Assembly (NCBI GenBank): GCA_045652245.1
Contig: JAZRTY010000043.1
Location: 501-64,500 of the forward strand
Reading direction: 5' to 3'
Origin: Eubacteriales bacterium
GTDB lineage: Bacteria; Bacillota; Clostridia; Oscillospirales; CAG-382
Length of the DNA: 64,000 nucleotides
The position numbers were made by a program, and so were the translations under genes. Below, piece by piece: positions 28,378-35,767 of this stretch. Position 1 is the first letter of the stretch. Every line of letters starts with the position of its first letter. The notes beneath the pieces were generated by a model that saw nothing but the letters and a program-made list of their open reading frames with translations, was not told the origin of the DNA and did not search any database.

Positions 28378-29132
28378 TAAATTACACCTCCAAAGAGAAT
28401 TACCGTAACAAAGTATCCGCCTGCTATTGCAAGTGCAGTAATCAGCGCTTCAAAAAGTCTTATTGTTCCGGCTATCATATCACCGCCAATGAGGTCTCTT
28501 ATCGAGTTTGTAAGAGAAAGTCCCGGTATCAGAAGCATAATATTTCCTATAATGATTTTATCACTGCTCTGTCCAAAATTGCAAAGCACCGAAAGATATG
28601 CGCAGGCACTGATTATAAAGGAAGCGAATATATTTGAAAATACCTTGTTCATCTCCCTGCCTTCAATCAAGGAAACAGACAGCTTTGTCAAGGTTCCTAT
28701 CAATGCCGAGATAAGCCCGTCTGTATATGAGCCACCAAAAAATACAGTAAACGCTCCTGCTGCAAGTGCCCAGCCCACCGTCTGAAGATATACCGGATAT
28801 TGCTTTTTGTTTTCGATTTCCGAAAGTCTCATTTCTATGTAATCCGAGTCGGGATTCATGTTGCAAATTTCACGCGAAAGTGAATTCAGCGCATCAAGCT
28901 TTGAAAGGTCGGTTTTATAATTTTTTATTCTCCTTGTGTGAGTATGACTTTTTCCGTCATAGTCGGCTGTAACGACAATGCTTGAGGTTATTGTCAGAAC
29001 ATTTACGTTCTTTGCTCCATAGGCTGTGCAAATTCTCGTAATACTGTCTTCAACCCTTGAAACCTCAGCACCGCTGCATAGCATTCTCTCACCGATAGTC
29101 AATGCATTGCTTAGCAATTTTGGGAATCTCAT
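28377..29132 (-). CDS. Threonine/serine exporter family protein, large subunit (ThrE / YjjP-like)
   Basis: N-terminal soluble region (GAEVSRVEDSITRI) followed by TM helices. Start at MRFPKLL (ATG 29132), preceded by AAGGAG. Confidence 0.8.
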   Translation of the reverse strand: MRFPKLLSNALTIGERMLCSGAEVSRVEDSITRICTAYGAKNVNVLTITSSIVVTADYDGKSHTHTRRIKNYKTDLSKLDALNSLSREICNMNPDSDYIEMRLSEIENKKQYPVYLQTVGWALAAGAFTVFFGGSYTDGLISALIGTLTKLSVSLIEGREMNKVFSNIFASFIISACAYLSVLCNFGQSSDKIIIGNIMLLIPGLSLTNSIRDLIGGDMIAGTIRLFEALITALAIAGGYFVTVILFGGVI

Positions 29133-29213
29133 TGTATACTCCTTATACTGTACTTTATATATAATAATAGCACTAATTGAAGAAAATATCAATAGAAATA
29201 TTATAAATTACAA

Positions 29214-29254
29214 CAAAAAACTCTCCAAAGGCTTTCCCTTCAGAGAGCTTTTTT
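29214..29254. terminator. Bidirectional intrinsic terminator closing the orphan minus-strand unit
   Basis: ctctc-caaagg...cctt-cagagag stem flanked by A6 (29215-29220) and T6 (29249-29254). Confidence 0.7.
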
Positions 29255-29708
29255 GTATTTCTATTATAAGTTCACAATTTACGCGAGTTACTTTTGGTTT
29301 TCATATCAATATTAAATTGTCTGTATTTCTACACAGCCACACAGAAGGCTTATCCGATATACAGGAATTACCGATACTTTTAAAGTTATAGAGCATTTAC
29401 AGAGTTATTCCGGTCTGCTGATTACTACGCTGAACCGTTCAATAACATTCGCTGTAATTTTACTTCTAAAGGATAAATTCCGTAATCAAATTAAACTAAC
29501 TCATAAAAAGAACTGTGAACGTACCTTGCAGTTAAATTCTTTACTGTACTTGCCGATACATACTATACATTCTGAATCCCAAACCTCACAAGACCTTGTG
29601 TGGCGAATGTACGAACAGGGCTCATAGTACTCTTGATTTCCTGTCCCCGAGTATCCTTCGGCCGGGTGCTTTAGCTGGATTTTCAAAACAAAGTTTTCTT
29701 GCTAAAGT

Positions 29709-29807
29709 TTAATCACGAACCACGAATCGGGTATTCTCAATAAAAAACTGCTCAAAAACGATAAGTCCTTCTGCACAAGCTGCGGCGCTATCGGCTATAT
29801 CGTTCAT
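29709..29807 (-). CDS. Candidate 32-aa small ORF (MNDIADSAAACAEGLIVFEQFFIENTRFVVRD)
   Basis: Below the ORF-track cutoff and found by hand. The ATG at 29807 is preceded by AAAGGGGTG with 6-nt spacing, about 45 nt downstream of a consensus promoter. I recognise no homology. Confidence 0.3.
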   Translation of the reverse strand: MNDIADSAAACAEGLIVFEQFFIENTRFVVRD

Positions 29808-29858
29808 CGGAAACACCCCTTTCAATTTCATCTTATGTTATTTCCTTTCTGTACTTTG

Positions 29859-29887
29859 ATTATAGCATATATTTTCCTATTTGTCAA
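29859..29887 (-). promoter_or_regulatory. Consensus sigma-A promoter of the orphan unit
   Basis: Minus strand reads TTGACA (29882-29887), 17 nt, TGC-TATAAT (29859-29864). Confidence 0.6.
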
Positions 29888-30094
29888 GATAAATAAAAGG
29901 ATTTTACATAAAAATATCATTTTTGTTATTTTTTCACAATTGTTATATGTTATATTATTGTATTATTAACAAATATTTTTTTGAGTTATCGGCAAATTTT
30001 AAGAATAAAACAAGTCATATTGTTAAAAATAAACAATGTGACTTTAACAATTTCAGAAGTAAATATAAAAAATGCAGAATTTTCAAAAAAAGTA

Positions 30095-30123
30095 TTGACA
30101 AGCAGAGTTTATTTTGATATAAT
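30095..30123 (+). promoter_or_regulatory. Promoter of the tRNA-Met / tRNA-Glu pair
   Basis: TTGACA (30095-30100), 17 nt, TATAAT (30118-30123). Confidence 0.7.
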
Positions 30124-30164
30124 ATTTAGGTCTCGTAGGCAGATGCCTTCGACACAGTGGAAAC

Positions 30165-30241
30165 GGCGGAATAGCTCAGCTGGCTAGAGCATCCGGTTCA
30201 TACCCGGCAGGTCGTTGGTTCAAATCCGACTTCCGCTACCA
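30165..30241 (+). tRNA. tRNA-Met (anticodon CAU, elongator-like), CCA encoded
   Basis: ggcggaaTAGCTCAGctGGctAGAGC, anticodon loop ttCATac, T-arm ggttcaaatcc, 3' aCCA. An Ile2-lysidine identity cannot be excluded from sequence alone. Confidence 0.9.
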
Positions 30242-30246
30242 CATCC

Positions 30247-30321
30247 GGCCCGTTGGTCAAGCGGTTAAGACACGGCCCTTTCACGGCTGTAACATGGGTT
30301 CGATTCCCGTACGGGTCACCA
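30247..30321 (+). tRNA. tRNA-Glu (anticodon UUC), CCA encoded
   Basis: ggcccgtTGGTCAAGCGGTTAAGACA, anticodon loop ctTTCac, T-arm gggttcgattccc, acceptor acgggtc, 3' aCCA. Very close to canonical Firmicute tRNA-Glu. Confidence 0.95.
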
Positions 30322-30328
30322 ACAAAAA

Positions 30329-30361
30329 AGCCTTTTTGTCTATCGACAAAAGGGCTTTTTT
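30329..30361 (+). terminator. Intrinsic terminator after tRNA-Glu
   Basis: agcctttttgtc / gacaaaagggct stem followed by TTTTTT. Confidence 0.8.
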
Positions 30362-30362
30362 G

Positions 30363-30538
30363 AATGATGTTTGCCTTACGGCAAATGATGTAGGCTTCGC
30401 CAATGATGACGGCTTCGCCTAATGATGTGTGCCTGACGGCACATTTTATGGCAAACATCGCATCATTGCGAGTGGAACGAGCAACATCATTTTGAGCGAA
30501 GCGAAAAACATCATATCACCGGCAGGTGATACATCATT
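30363..30538. repeat. tRNA-proximal AATGATG/CATCATT mini-hairpin element, long copy
   Basis: AATGATG at 30363, 30384, 30402 and 30421. The reverse-complement motif CATCAT(T) at 30461, 30485, 30509 and 30532. The 18-24-nt spacers are small hairpins (tttgcc-ttac-ggcaaa, gtgcc-tgac-ggcac, atcacc-ggca-ggtgat) or gcttcgc units. Confidence 0.7.
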
Positions 30539-30573
30539 AAATAAAATGGTACAATTTACAATGATTGGTGTGC

Positions 30574-30668
30574 AGCAAGACGTGTCGATTCCCGTACGGG
30601 GGAAAGAAGATAATAGATAAGAGATAATAGATAAGAGAAATGGTGGTTTTGCTGCGCAAAACTTCATT
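30574..30668 (+). repeat. Direct repeat copy 1 (95 bp) carrying a 16-nt tRNA-Glu T-arm fragment and 2 copies of a 14-bp tandem unit
   Basis: agcaagacgtg-TCGATTCCCGTACGGG (30585-30600, identical to tRNA-Glu 30300-30315), then (gataatagataaga)x2 at 30609-30636, then gttttgc-tgc-gcaaaac hairpin, then ttcatttt. Confidence 0.85.
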
Positions 30669-30770
30669 TTAATTGTAGTAACGTAAGAATTATCGTTAAG
30701 AAAAGAGTCCTATGCGGTTGTTTTTATCAAAAAGGTACGAGGACTTTAGTCCGAGCAGTACGGATTGCGA

Positions 30771-30879
30771 AGCAAGACGTGTCGATTCCCGTACGGGGGA
30801 AAGAGGATAATAGATAAGAGATAATAGATAAGAGATAATAGATAAGAGAAATGGTGGTTTTGCTGCGCAAAACTTCATT
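30771..30879 (+). repeat. Direct repeat copy 2 (109 bp), same structure with 3 copies of the 14-bp unit
   Basis: Identical flanks to copy 1. tRNA fragment at 30782-30797. (gataatagataaga)x3 at 30806-30847. Confidence 0.85.
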
Positions 30880-30880
30880 A

Positions 30881-30916
30881 AAAATAACGCGGGGGATTAT
30901 TACCTCGCGTTATTTT
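30881..30916. terminator. Terminator downstream of the ECF transporter operon
   Basis: ataacgcg...cgcgttat stem flanked by an A-run and a T-run. Confidence 0.75.
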
Positions 30917-30926
30917 AGCTTTTTTG

Positions 30927-33395
30927 CTATCTTTCAATAAGTCCATACTTAATTTTTATTCTCTCAAGCTTTTCAATCATAGGTACTGATATAACCCAAA
31001 GGAAAAACGCCGTTGAGAGTGCGTGTATCATATCAAAGGATAAACCCAGAAGATATGCTGAAATTATCATTTCGCCCGTAATTACATTCTGCGACATAAT
31101 AACCGAGGCAGGATTCATAATACCACCGTAGAGAACGAGAGTTGCAGAAAATCCGAAAATACAAAGTGATATTCTGTTTTGCCTGAGCAAGCCCTTTTTG
31201 AAAAGTATTCCCGCAACAAAGCCGATAATACCGAAGGCGAACATCTGCCAGGGAGTCCACGGGCCCTGCCCTGCAAAGAAATTTGAAACGAAGCCCGTCA
31301 GAGCGCCAACCAAAAATCCTGTTTCTCCACCAAAGCACACACCTGCAATAATCACAAGTGCAATAACGGGTTTAAACTGCGGAAGCATAAAGAACGCCGC
31401 CCTGCCTGCTACTGCAATAGCACACAAAACGCTTATTATTATAAGCTCCCTTGCTTTCGGTTTCCGGCTTTCAAACACCATACAAAACGGCAGCATTGCT
31501 TCAAGAATAATAAGAAGACTTATGATGTAATACTTCCTGTCATCAAAAAAATGTATTCCCGTATATATTGTAAACGGAATTGCAAAAAGTATCAGAAGAA
31601 CACAGGCAAGGGTACGCTTTGAAAGCTTTTTGTCTGTTTTTGGTATTTGCACAACTTCAACATCTGATTTTCTGCTTTGGATTTCGGTTTTATGTAATTC
31701 AATTTTGCGTTTCTTTTTTTCCTTCTTTGGCAGATTTCCACCGCAGGCAAGGATTATATCCTGCGCAAGAACGGCATCCGGAAGTGTTGTTCTTGCCATA
31801 CGGTTTGCGCTTGTTGTATAGAAATTCTTACCACAGAAAAATTCTCTCGGTTTTGCACACGAGGTAATGCTTCCGTCAAAAACAAGTGCACATCTGTCAG
31901 CATATTCTGCACAGAACTCTATATCGTGAGACACCATGAGAATTGTGACACCGTCTGCTTTAAGGCGCGCAAGAATATCTGCGAATTCTTCCTTGAAATT
32001 TGCGTCAAGTCCTTTTGTAGGCTCGTCAAGCAGCAGGATTTCAGGCTCTGCAAGGAGTACCTTTGCAAGAGCCGCCCTTTGCTGTTCACCCCCGGACAAG
32101 TCGTAAGGATGAAAGTGCAGAAGATTATCTATTTTGCACAGTACCGAAATATTCTGTACCTTTTGTTCCTTTTCTTCCATTGTCAGCTTCTTTTCAGACA
32201 AGGCTTCCAAAAGATCAAGATACACTGTTTTCTTTGCAAATACACTCTGTGGGTTTTGTGGAAGACAGGCAAGAAGTCCATCATACAGACCTTTGATTTT
32301 TGCAACATTTTGTCCCTTTATCAGTACCTTCCCCCTGTGTGGCGTATTAAGTCCCGACACAAGTGAAAGTACCGTTGTTTTTCCTGTGCCGTTACCACCG
32401 ACAAGACAGAAAAGCTCACCTTTTTTTATTTCAACATCAAATCCGCGTATTACATCCGGCAAAGCCTTTTCATATCGGAAGTACGCATCCTTAATTTCAA
32501 TTACTGTTTCGGTTTCCGGAATTTTACTGTCACATTTTGGTACAAGTCCGGGGTTTACAGTATTTGTTTTTGCGTATTCCTCAAGCCAGGCTCTGCCATC
32601 ACGGACAGTCACGGGGCACTCAAGACGGTTTTCCACCGCTGCATAAACTCTCATCGGTGTCGGAAGTGCTTTATACATATCTTGATTTTGCGTTTTCAGT
32701 ATTTCGCCGACCTCTTGCACTTTACCGTCTGCAATTATTCTTCCTTCATCCATAACAATTATCCTGTCGGAGATTGCAAAGGCTTCTTCAAGACGATGCT
32801 CCGAAAGAATAACCGTCACGCCAAGCTCACGGTTTATCTTTTCAAGAGTTTTCAGAAATTCAGCTGCTGAAATCGGGTCAAGCTGACTTGTCGGCTCGTC
32901 AAGCAGCAGAACCTTCGGCTGCATTACCATAACCGACGCCAAATTCAAAAGCTGTTTTTGCCCCCCCGAAAGCTCGCTTACCTTTTTATAAAACCAGTTC
33001 TGAATACCGAAAAAGGATGCCATTTCCGATACTCTTATTCTGATATCGGGAGTGGAATATCCAAGGCTTTCAAGACCGAATGCAAGCTCGTGCCATACCT
33101 TATCGGTTACAATCCCGTTATCGGGATTTTGCATCACAAAGCCTATTTCCGACGCTTGCTTTATGCTGTCTGCTTCCTGCAAGTTCCCGCCCTCGAAATA
33201 TATTTCACCACATACCTTTCCGAAAGGTGCAACAGAAGGTTTGAGAAGTCTTAAAAGTGTAGTTTTACCACAGCCGGATTTTCCGCAAAGGGTTATAAAT
33301 TCACCACATTTTACAGACAGATTTATATTATCAAGAGCTTTAGGCGTTCTGCAGGGATATGTAAAGCTCAGATTTTCAACTTTTAAAATTTCCAT
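30927..33395 (-). CDS. ECF transporter fusion of two ABC ATPase domains (EcfA-EcfA') and a C-terminal S-component-like membrane domain
   Basis: Two Walker A sites (GKSGCGKTT, GGNGTGKTT), two LSGGQ-type signatures (LSGGQKQ, LSGGEQQ), then a K-rich linker and ~6 TM helices. Confidence 0.88.
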   Translation of the reverse strand: MEILKVENLSFTYPCRTPKALDNINLSVKCGEFITLCGKSGCGKTTLLRLLKPSVAPFGKVCGEIYFEGGNLQEADSIKQASEIGFVMQNPDNGIVTDKVWHELAFGLESLGYSTPDIRIRVSEMASFFGIQNWFYKKVSELSGGQKQLLNLASVMVMQPKVLLLDEPTSQLDPISAAEFLKTLEKINRELGVTVILSEHRLEEAFAISDRIIVMDEGRIIADGKVQEVGEILKTQNQDMYKALPTPMRVYAAVENRLECPVTVRDGRAWLEEYAKTNTVNPGLVPKCDSKIPETETVIEIKDAYFRYEKALPDVIRGFDVEIKKGELFCLVGGNGTGKTTVLSLVSGLNTPHRGKVLIKGQNVAKIKGLYDGLLACLPQNPQSVFAKKTVYLDLLEALSEKKLTMEEKEQKVQNISVLCKIDNLLHFHPYDLSGGEQQRAALAKVLLAEPEILLLDEPTKGLDANFKEEFADILARLKADGVTILMVSHDIEFCAEYADRCALVFDGSITSCAKPREFFCGKNFYTTSANRMARTTLPDAVLAQDIILACGGNLPKKEKKKRKIELHKTEIQSRKSDVEVVQIPKTDKKLSKRTLACVLLILFAIPFTIYTGIHFFDDRKYYIISLLIILEAMLPFCMVFESRKPKARELIIISVLCAIAVAGRAAFFMLPQFKPVIALVIIAGVCFGGETGFLVGALTGFVSNFFAGQGPWTPWQMFAFGIIGFVAGILFKKGLLRQNRISLCIFGFSATLVLYGGIMNPASVIMSQNVITGEMIISAYLLGLSFDMIHALSTAFFLWVISVPMIEKLERIKIKYGLIER

Positions 33396-34279
33396 TTTCT
33401 CACCCCCAAAAGCTCAATAATGACCGGAAAAGCACAAAGAAGCAGATACGAAGCAAATACGCTTATTCCGAAGAAGGAAAGTTCTGCTCCCTTCACAGAC
33501 GGGAAATATCGAAAATACATTCCACCCATTAAATTTCCGACAAGTGTATATATAGCTAAAATCAAAATGCAAATAAACGCTGCGGCATCTCTTTTGTCAA
33601 ATCTGAATATCGAAAACGCCGTTCTGCCGGGGATGCCGTAGCCACGCGATTTCATACTGTCTGCCGTTTCAATGGCATTTTCAAGCGACCAGGTCGTCAT
33701 AATTGACAGAATACCAAGTCCGTACTTTGCACGTTTTATAATGCTTCCGTGATTTATATCCCGGCCCATACACCGTTGGGCATTCGCCACAACCCGAAGC
33801 TGTGCCGTAAATCTCGGAACAAACCGAAGTATCATAGAAATAACAAGCGACAGCGCAGGAATAATTTTCCCGAAAAGATATATGAATTTATCACTTGTCA
33901 TAACCTCATTATAGCAGGAGAAATGACATATAACACTCACTATCATGACAGCGGCGCAAAATCCGTAAATTATCGATTCGAGTGTAAGTGGATTTCCGTT
34001 TGGCAGGTAATTTATGATAGTAACTCCCTCGTGATTGAAGGCAGGATTTATCAGTGCCATAAAAAGCAGCATCGGAAGCATATATAAAAGGTTTGTTTTT
34101 ATTGCTTTTCTGCCTTTGAGGATTACAGAATATATAAAGCCGCTCAAAAGTGATATTATAAGGCATACCGGGTGCATAAAAAAGCAGGAAAAGCCGATTA
34201 CAGATACGAAATATGTAAAATTCACAATCGGGTGATAAGTTTTAAATTCATTCATCTTAAAATCCATCTCCTTTTTCAC
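33383..34279 (-). CDS. ECF transporter transmembrane component (EcfT / CbiQ family)
   Basis: Polytopic membrane protein whose 3' end overlaps the start of the downstream ATPase gene by 13 nt. Conserved EcfT-type ARG-containing C-terminal helices (ETADSMKSRGY). The start codon is uncertain: GTG at 34279 or an internal ATG. Confidence 0.85.
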   Translation of the reverse strand: MKKEMDFKMNEFKTYHPIVNFTYFVSVIGFSCFFMHPVCLIISLLSGFIYSVILKGRKAIKTNLLYMLPMLLFMALINPAFNHEGVTIINYLPNGNPLTLESIIYGFCAAVMIVSVICHFSCYNEVMTSDKFIYLFGKIIPALSLVISMILRFVPRFTAQLRVVANAQRCMGRDINHGSIIKRAKYGLGILSIMTTWSLENAIETADSMKSRGYGIPGRTAFSIFRFDKRDAAAFICILILAIYTLVGNLMGGMYFRYFPSVKGAELSFFGISVFASYLLLCAFPVIIELLGVRKWKF

Positions 34280-34320
34280 TTCCTTTCTGCCTTGTTACTG
34301 TATTTCCCGTCACAGGTGAT

Positions 34321-34354
34321 AAAAAGCTGCGGCAACCCCGGAGATTACCGCAGC
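34321..34354 (-). terminator. Terminator after rhaM
   Basis: Minus strand reads gctgcgg-taatctccggggtt-gccgcagc followed by TTTTT. Confidence 0.7.
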
Positions 34355-34393
34355 AGGATATATCATTTTTACCGTATTGCTCTGCCTGCAGTT

Positions 34394-34708
34394 TTATTGA
34401 AGCTCAAAAACCTGTGTAAGCAACGGCTGTGCTCCGGTTTTGGGGTCCTTTTCCATTATCAGAATATCCTTCATGTATTCGTCCCATTTTTTTACAACCT
34501 CACTTTCACTCTGAACCTTTGAGGCGTGCTCTATGCTGTCGCACTCGTAATAGCCGAACATTTCGTTCCCTACATTCCAGATTGAGTAGTTGCGTATTCC
34601 TGCATCTTTCAGAACTTTTACCATTTCAGGCCAGATTTCATTGTGACGTTTTACATATTCCTCAAGGGCACCTTCCTTTATAAGGCCCTTCCATGCGTAT
34701 TTTTCCAT
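34394..34708 (-). CDS. rhaM: L-rhamnose mutarotase
   Basis: 104 aa. YAWKGLIKEGALEEYVKRHNEIWPEM ... NYSIW is the RhaM/YiiL signature. Confidence 0.92.
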   Translation of the reverse strand: MEKYAWKGLIKEGALEEYVKRHNEIWPEMVKVLKDAGIRNYSIWNVGNEMFGYYECDSIEHASKVQSESEVVKKWDEYMKDILIMEKDPKTGAQPLLTQVFELQ

Positions 34709-34746
34709 TTCTTTTCTCCTGTTATTTCATTATTTATCTTATTAGA

Positions 34747-35610
34747 TTATTTGTCTTGTTTATTCAGATATTTATTCATATGCGAGGTGTCGAAGAAGCC
34801 ACACTTATGTGCAATTTCAGTTTTTGACATTTCCCCTTTTTCAAGCAGCATCTGTGCCATAGCTATTCTGCAATGCAATACATACTGAAGAGGTGTCATT
34901 TTTACTATTCTCTTGAAATGTCTGTGAAGTGTCGTTCTTGACATATTGGTAATCTGCATAAGGTCATCTATCTGGATATTGGCATCAAGATGATTCTGGA
35001 TATATTCAAGTATTGGAAGTATATCGTAGCTGTCTGTATTTACCGTTTCCTCGTCATCTTCTCCAAGACTTATATGATAACACATATCGGCAATGAATTT
35101 CATTACAAGTATCGTTCTGTAATGTGCGTAATCATCACCCAGCTCCTCAAGCTGGATTATCCTTGCAACTTCCGTTTTTACCTTTGCAAGCTTTTCCTGC
35201 TTCAGATGCAAAAAAAGCCTTTCATCATAAATCTGACGCAGATACGGTTCTACTTTAAACAGAGTTGAATATCCGGGAACACTCTGTAAATCACTTATAT
35301 ATTTCTCAATAAATTCATTTTTTAAGCTGATATGACACACATTCAGCTCCTTGTCACAATAATAACCGTGCAGAACCTTCGGTGGGATTACAAACACCTC
35401 ACCCGAAACCAGAGGAATCGCAATACTGCCGATATAGTGACAGCCCGTACCACTCAAAACGATATTCAATTCATAAAAATCGTGGGAGTGCATTCCCACA
35501 TTGCAGTTTTTGTGTATAGATACAGAGGTCAGATCGTTGCCTCTGTTTTCGAACTGCTCCTTCTCGCCATAAAACGGCACAGAATACAATGGTAACTTTT
35601 CAGGATACAT
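34747..35610 (-). CDS. AraC-family transcriptional regulator (cupin plus HTH), RhaR/RhaS-like
   Basis: Cupin sensor (HSHDFYELNIVLSG...GEVFVIPP). C-terminal HTH (MSRTTLHRHFKRIVKMTPLQYVLHCRIAMAQMLL). Start at MYPEKL (ATG 35610), preceded by AGAGGTG. Confidence 0.88.
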   Translation of the reverse strand: MYPEKLPLYSVPFYGEKEQFENRGNDLTSVSIHKNCNVGMHSHDFYELNIVLSGTGCHYIGSIAIPLVSGEVFVIPPKVLHGYYCDKELNVCHISLKNEFIEKYISDLQSVPGYSTLFKVEPYLRQIYDERLFLHLKQEKLAKVKTEVARIIQLEELGDDYAHYRTILVMKFIADMCYHISLGEDDEETVNTDSYDILPILEYIQNHLDANIQIDDLMQITNMSRTTLHRHFKRIVKMTPLQYVLHCRIAMAQMLLEKGEMSKTEIAHKCGFFDTSHMNKYLNKQDK

Positions 35611-35665
35611 ATTTACACCTCTTTGCAAAAATGGCACAATTTTACCAAAAAAATAACACTATTTT

Positions 35666-35702
35666 ACTTGTATTATAACATCGAATGTGATATAATACAA
35701 GT
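35666..35702. promoter_or_regulatory. Perfect 12-bp inverted repeat carrying two face-to-face TATAAT boxes (divergent AraC and operon promoters)
   Basis: ACTTGTATTATA (35666-35677), 13 nt, TATAATACAAGT (35691-35702). On each strand the arrangement reads TTGTAT, 17 nt, TATAAT. Confidence 0.55.
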
Positions 35703-35767
35703 ATAAAATGTGAATATTTTTCAGAAATTCGCATTTAAAAAACATTTTTATAAAGGAGAAAAGCAAA

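Noticed and set aside
29501-29686. 61-aa Cys-rich ORF (possible RiPP precursor or zinc-ribbon protein)
   Set aside because: It starts at a TTG with no Shine-Dalgarno sequence. There is no maturase or transporter nearby and no recognisable motif. I treat it as part of the ORF-poor orphan transcript.
30363-30538. Possible CRISPR array
   Set aside because: The repeated unit is only 7 nt, with 11-17-nt spacers, and the orientation flips halfway through. There are no cas genes and no leader.
30446-30878. Two minus-strand ORFs with identical N-termini (MKFCAAKPPFLLSIISYLLS...)
   Set aside because: They are artefacts of the 95/109-bp direct repeat and its 14-bp tandem units. They have no RBS, and the reading frame is created by the repeat itself.
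34280-34393. Riboswitch (TPP or other vitamin) upstream of the ECF transporter
   Set aside because: Only ~115 nt are available, and the rhaM terminator hairpin occupies them. I saw no conserved riboswitch cores such as CUGAGA. A covariance-model scan is still advisable.
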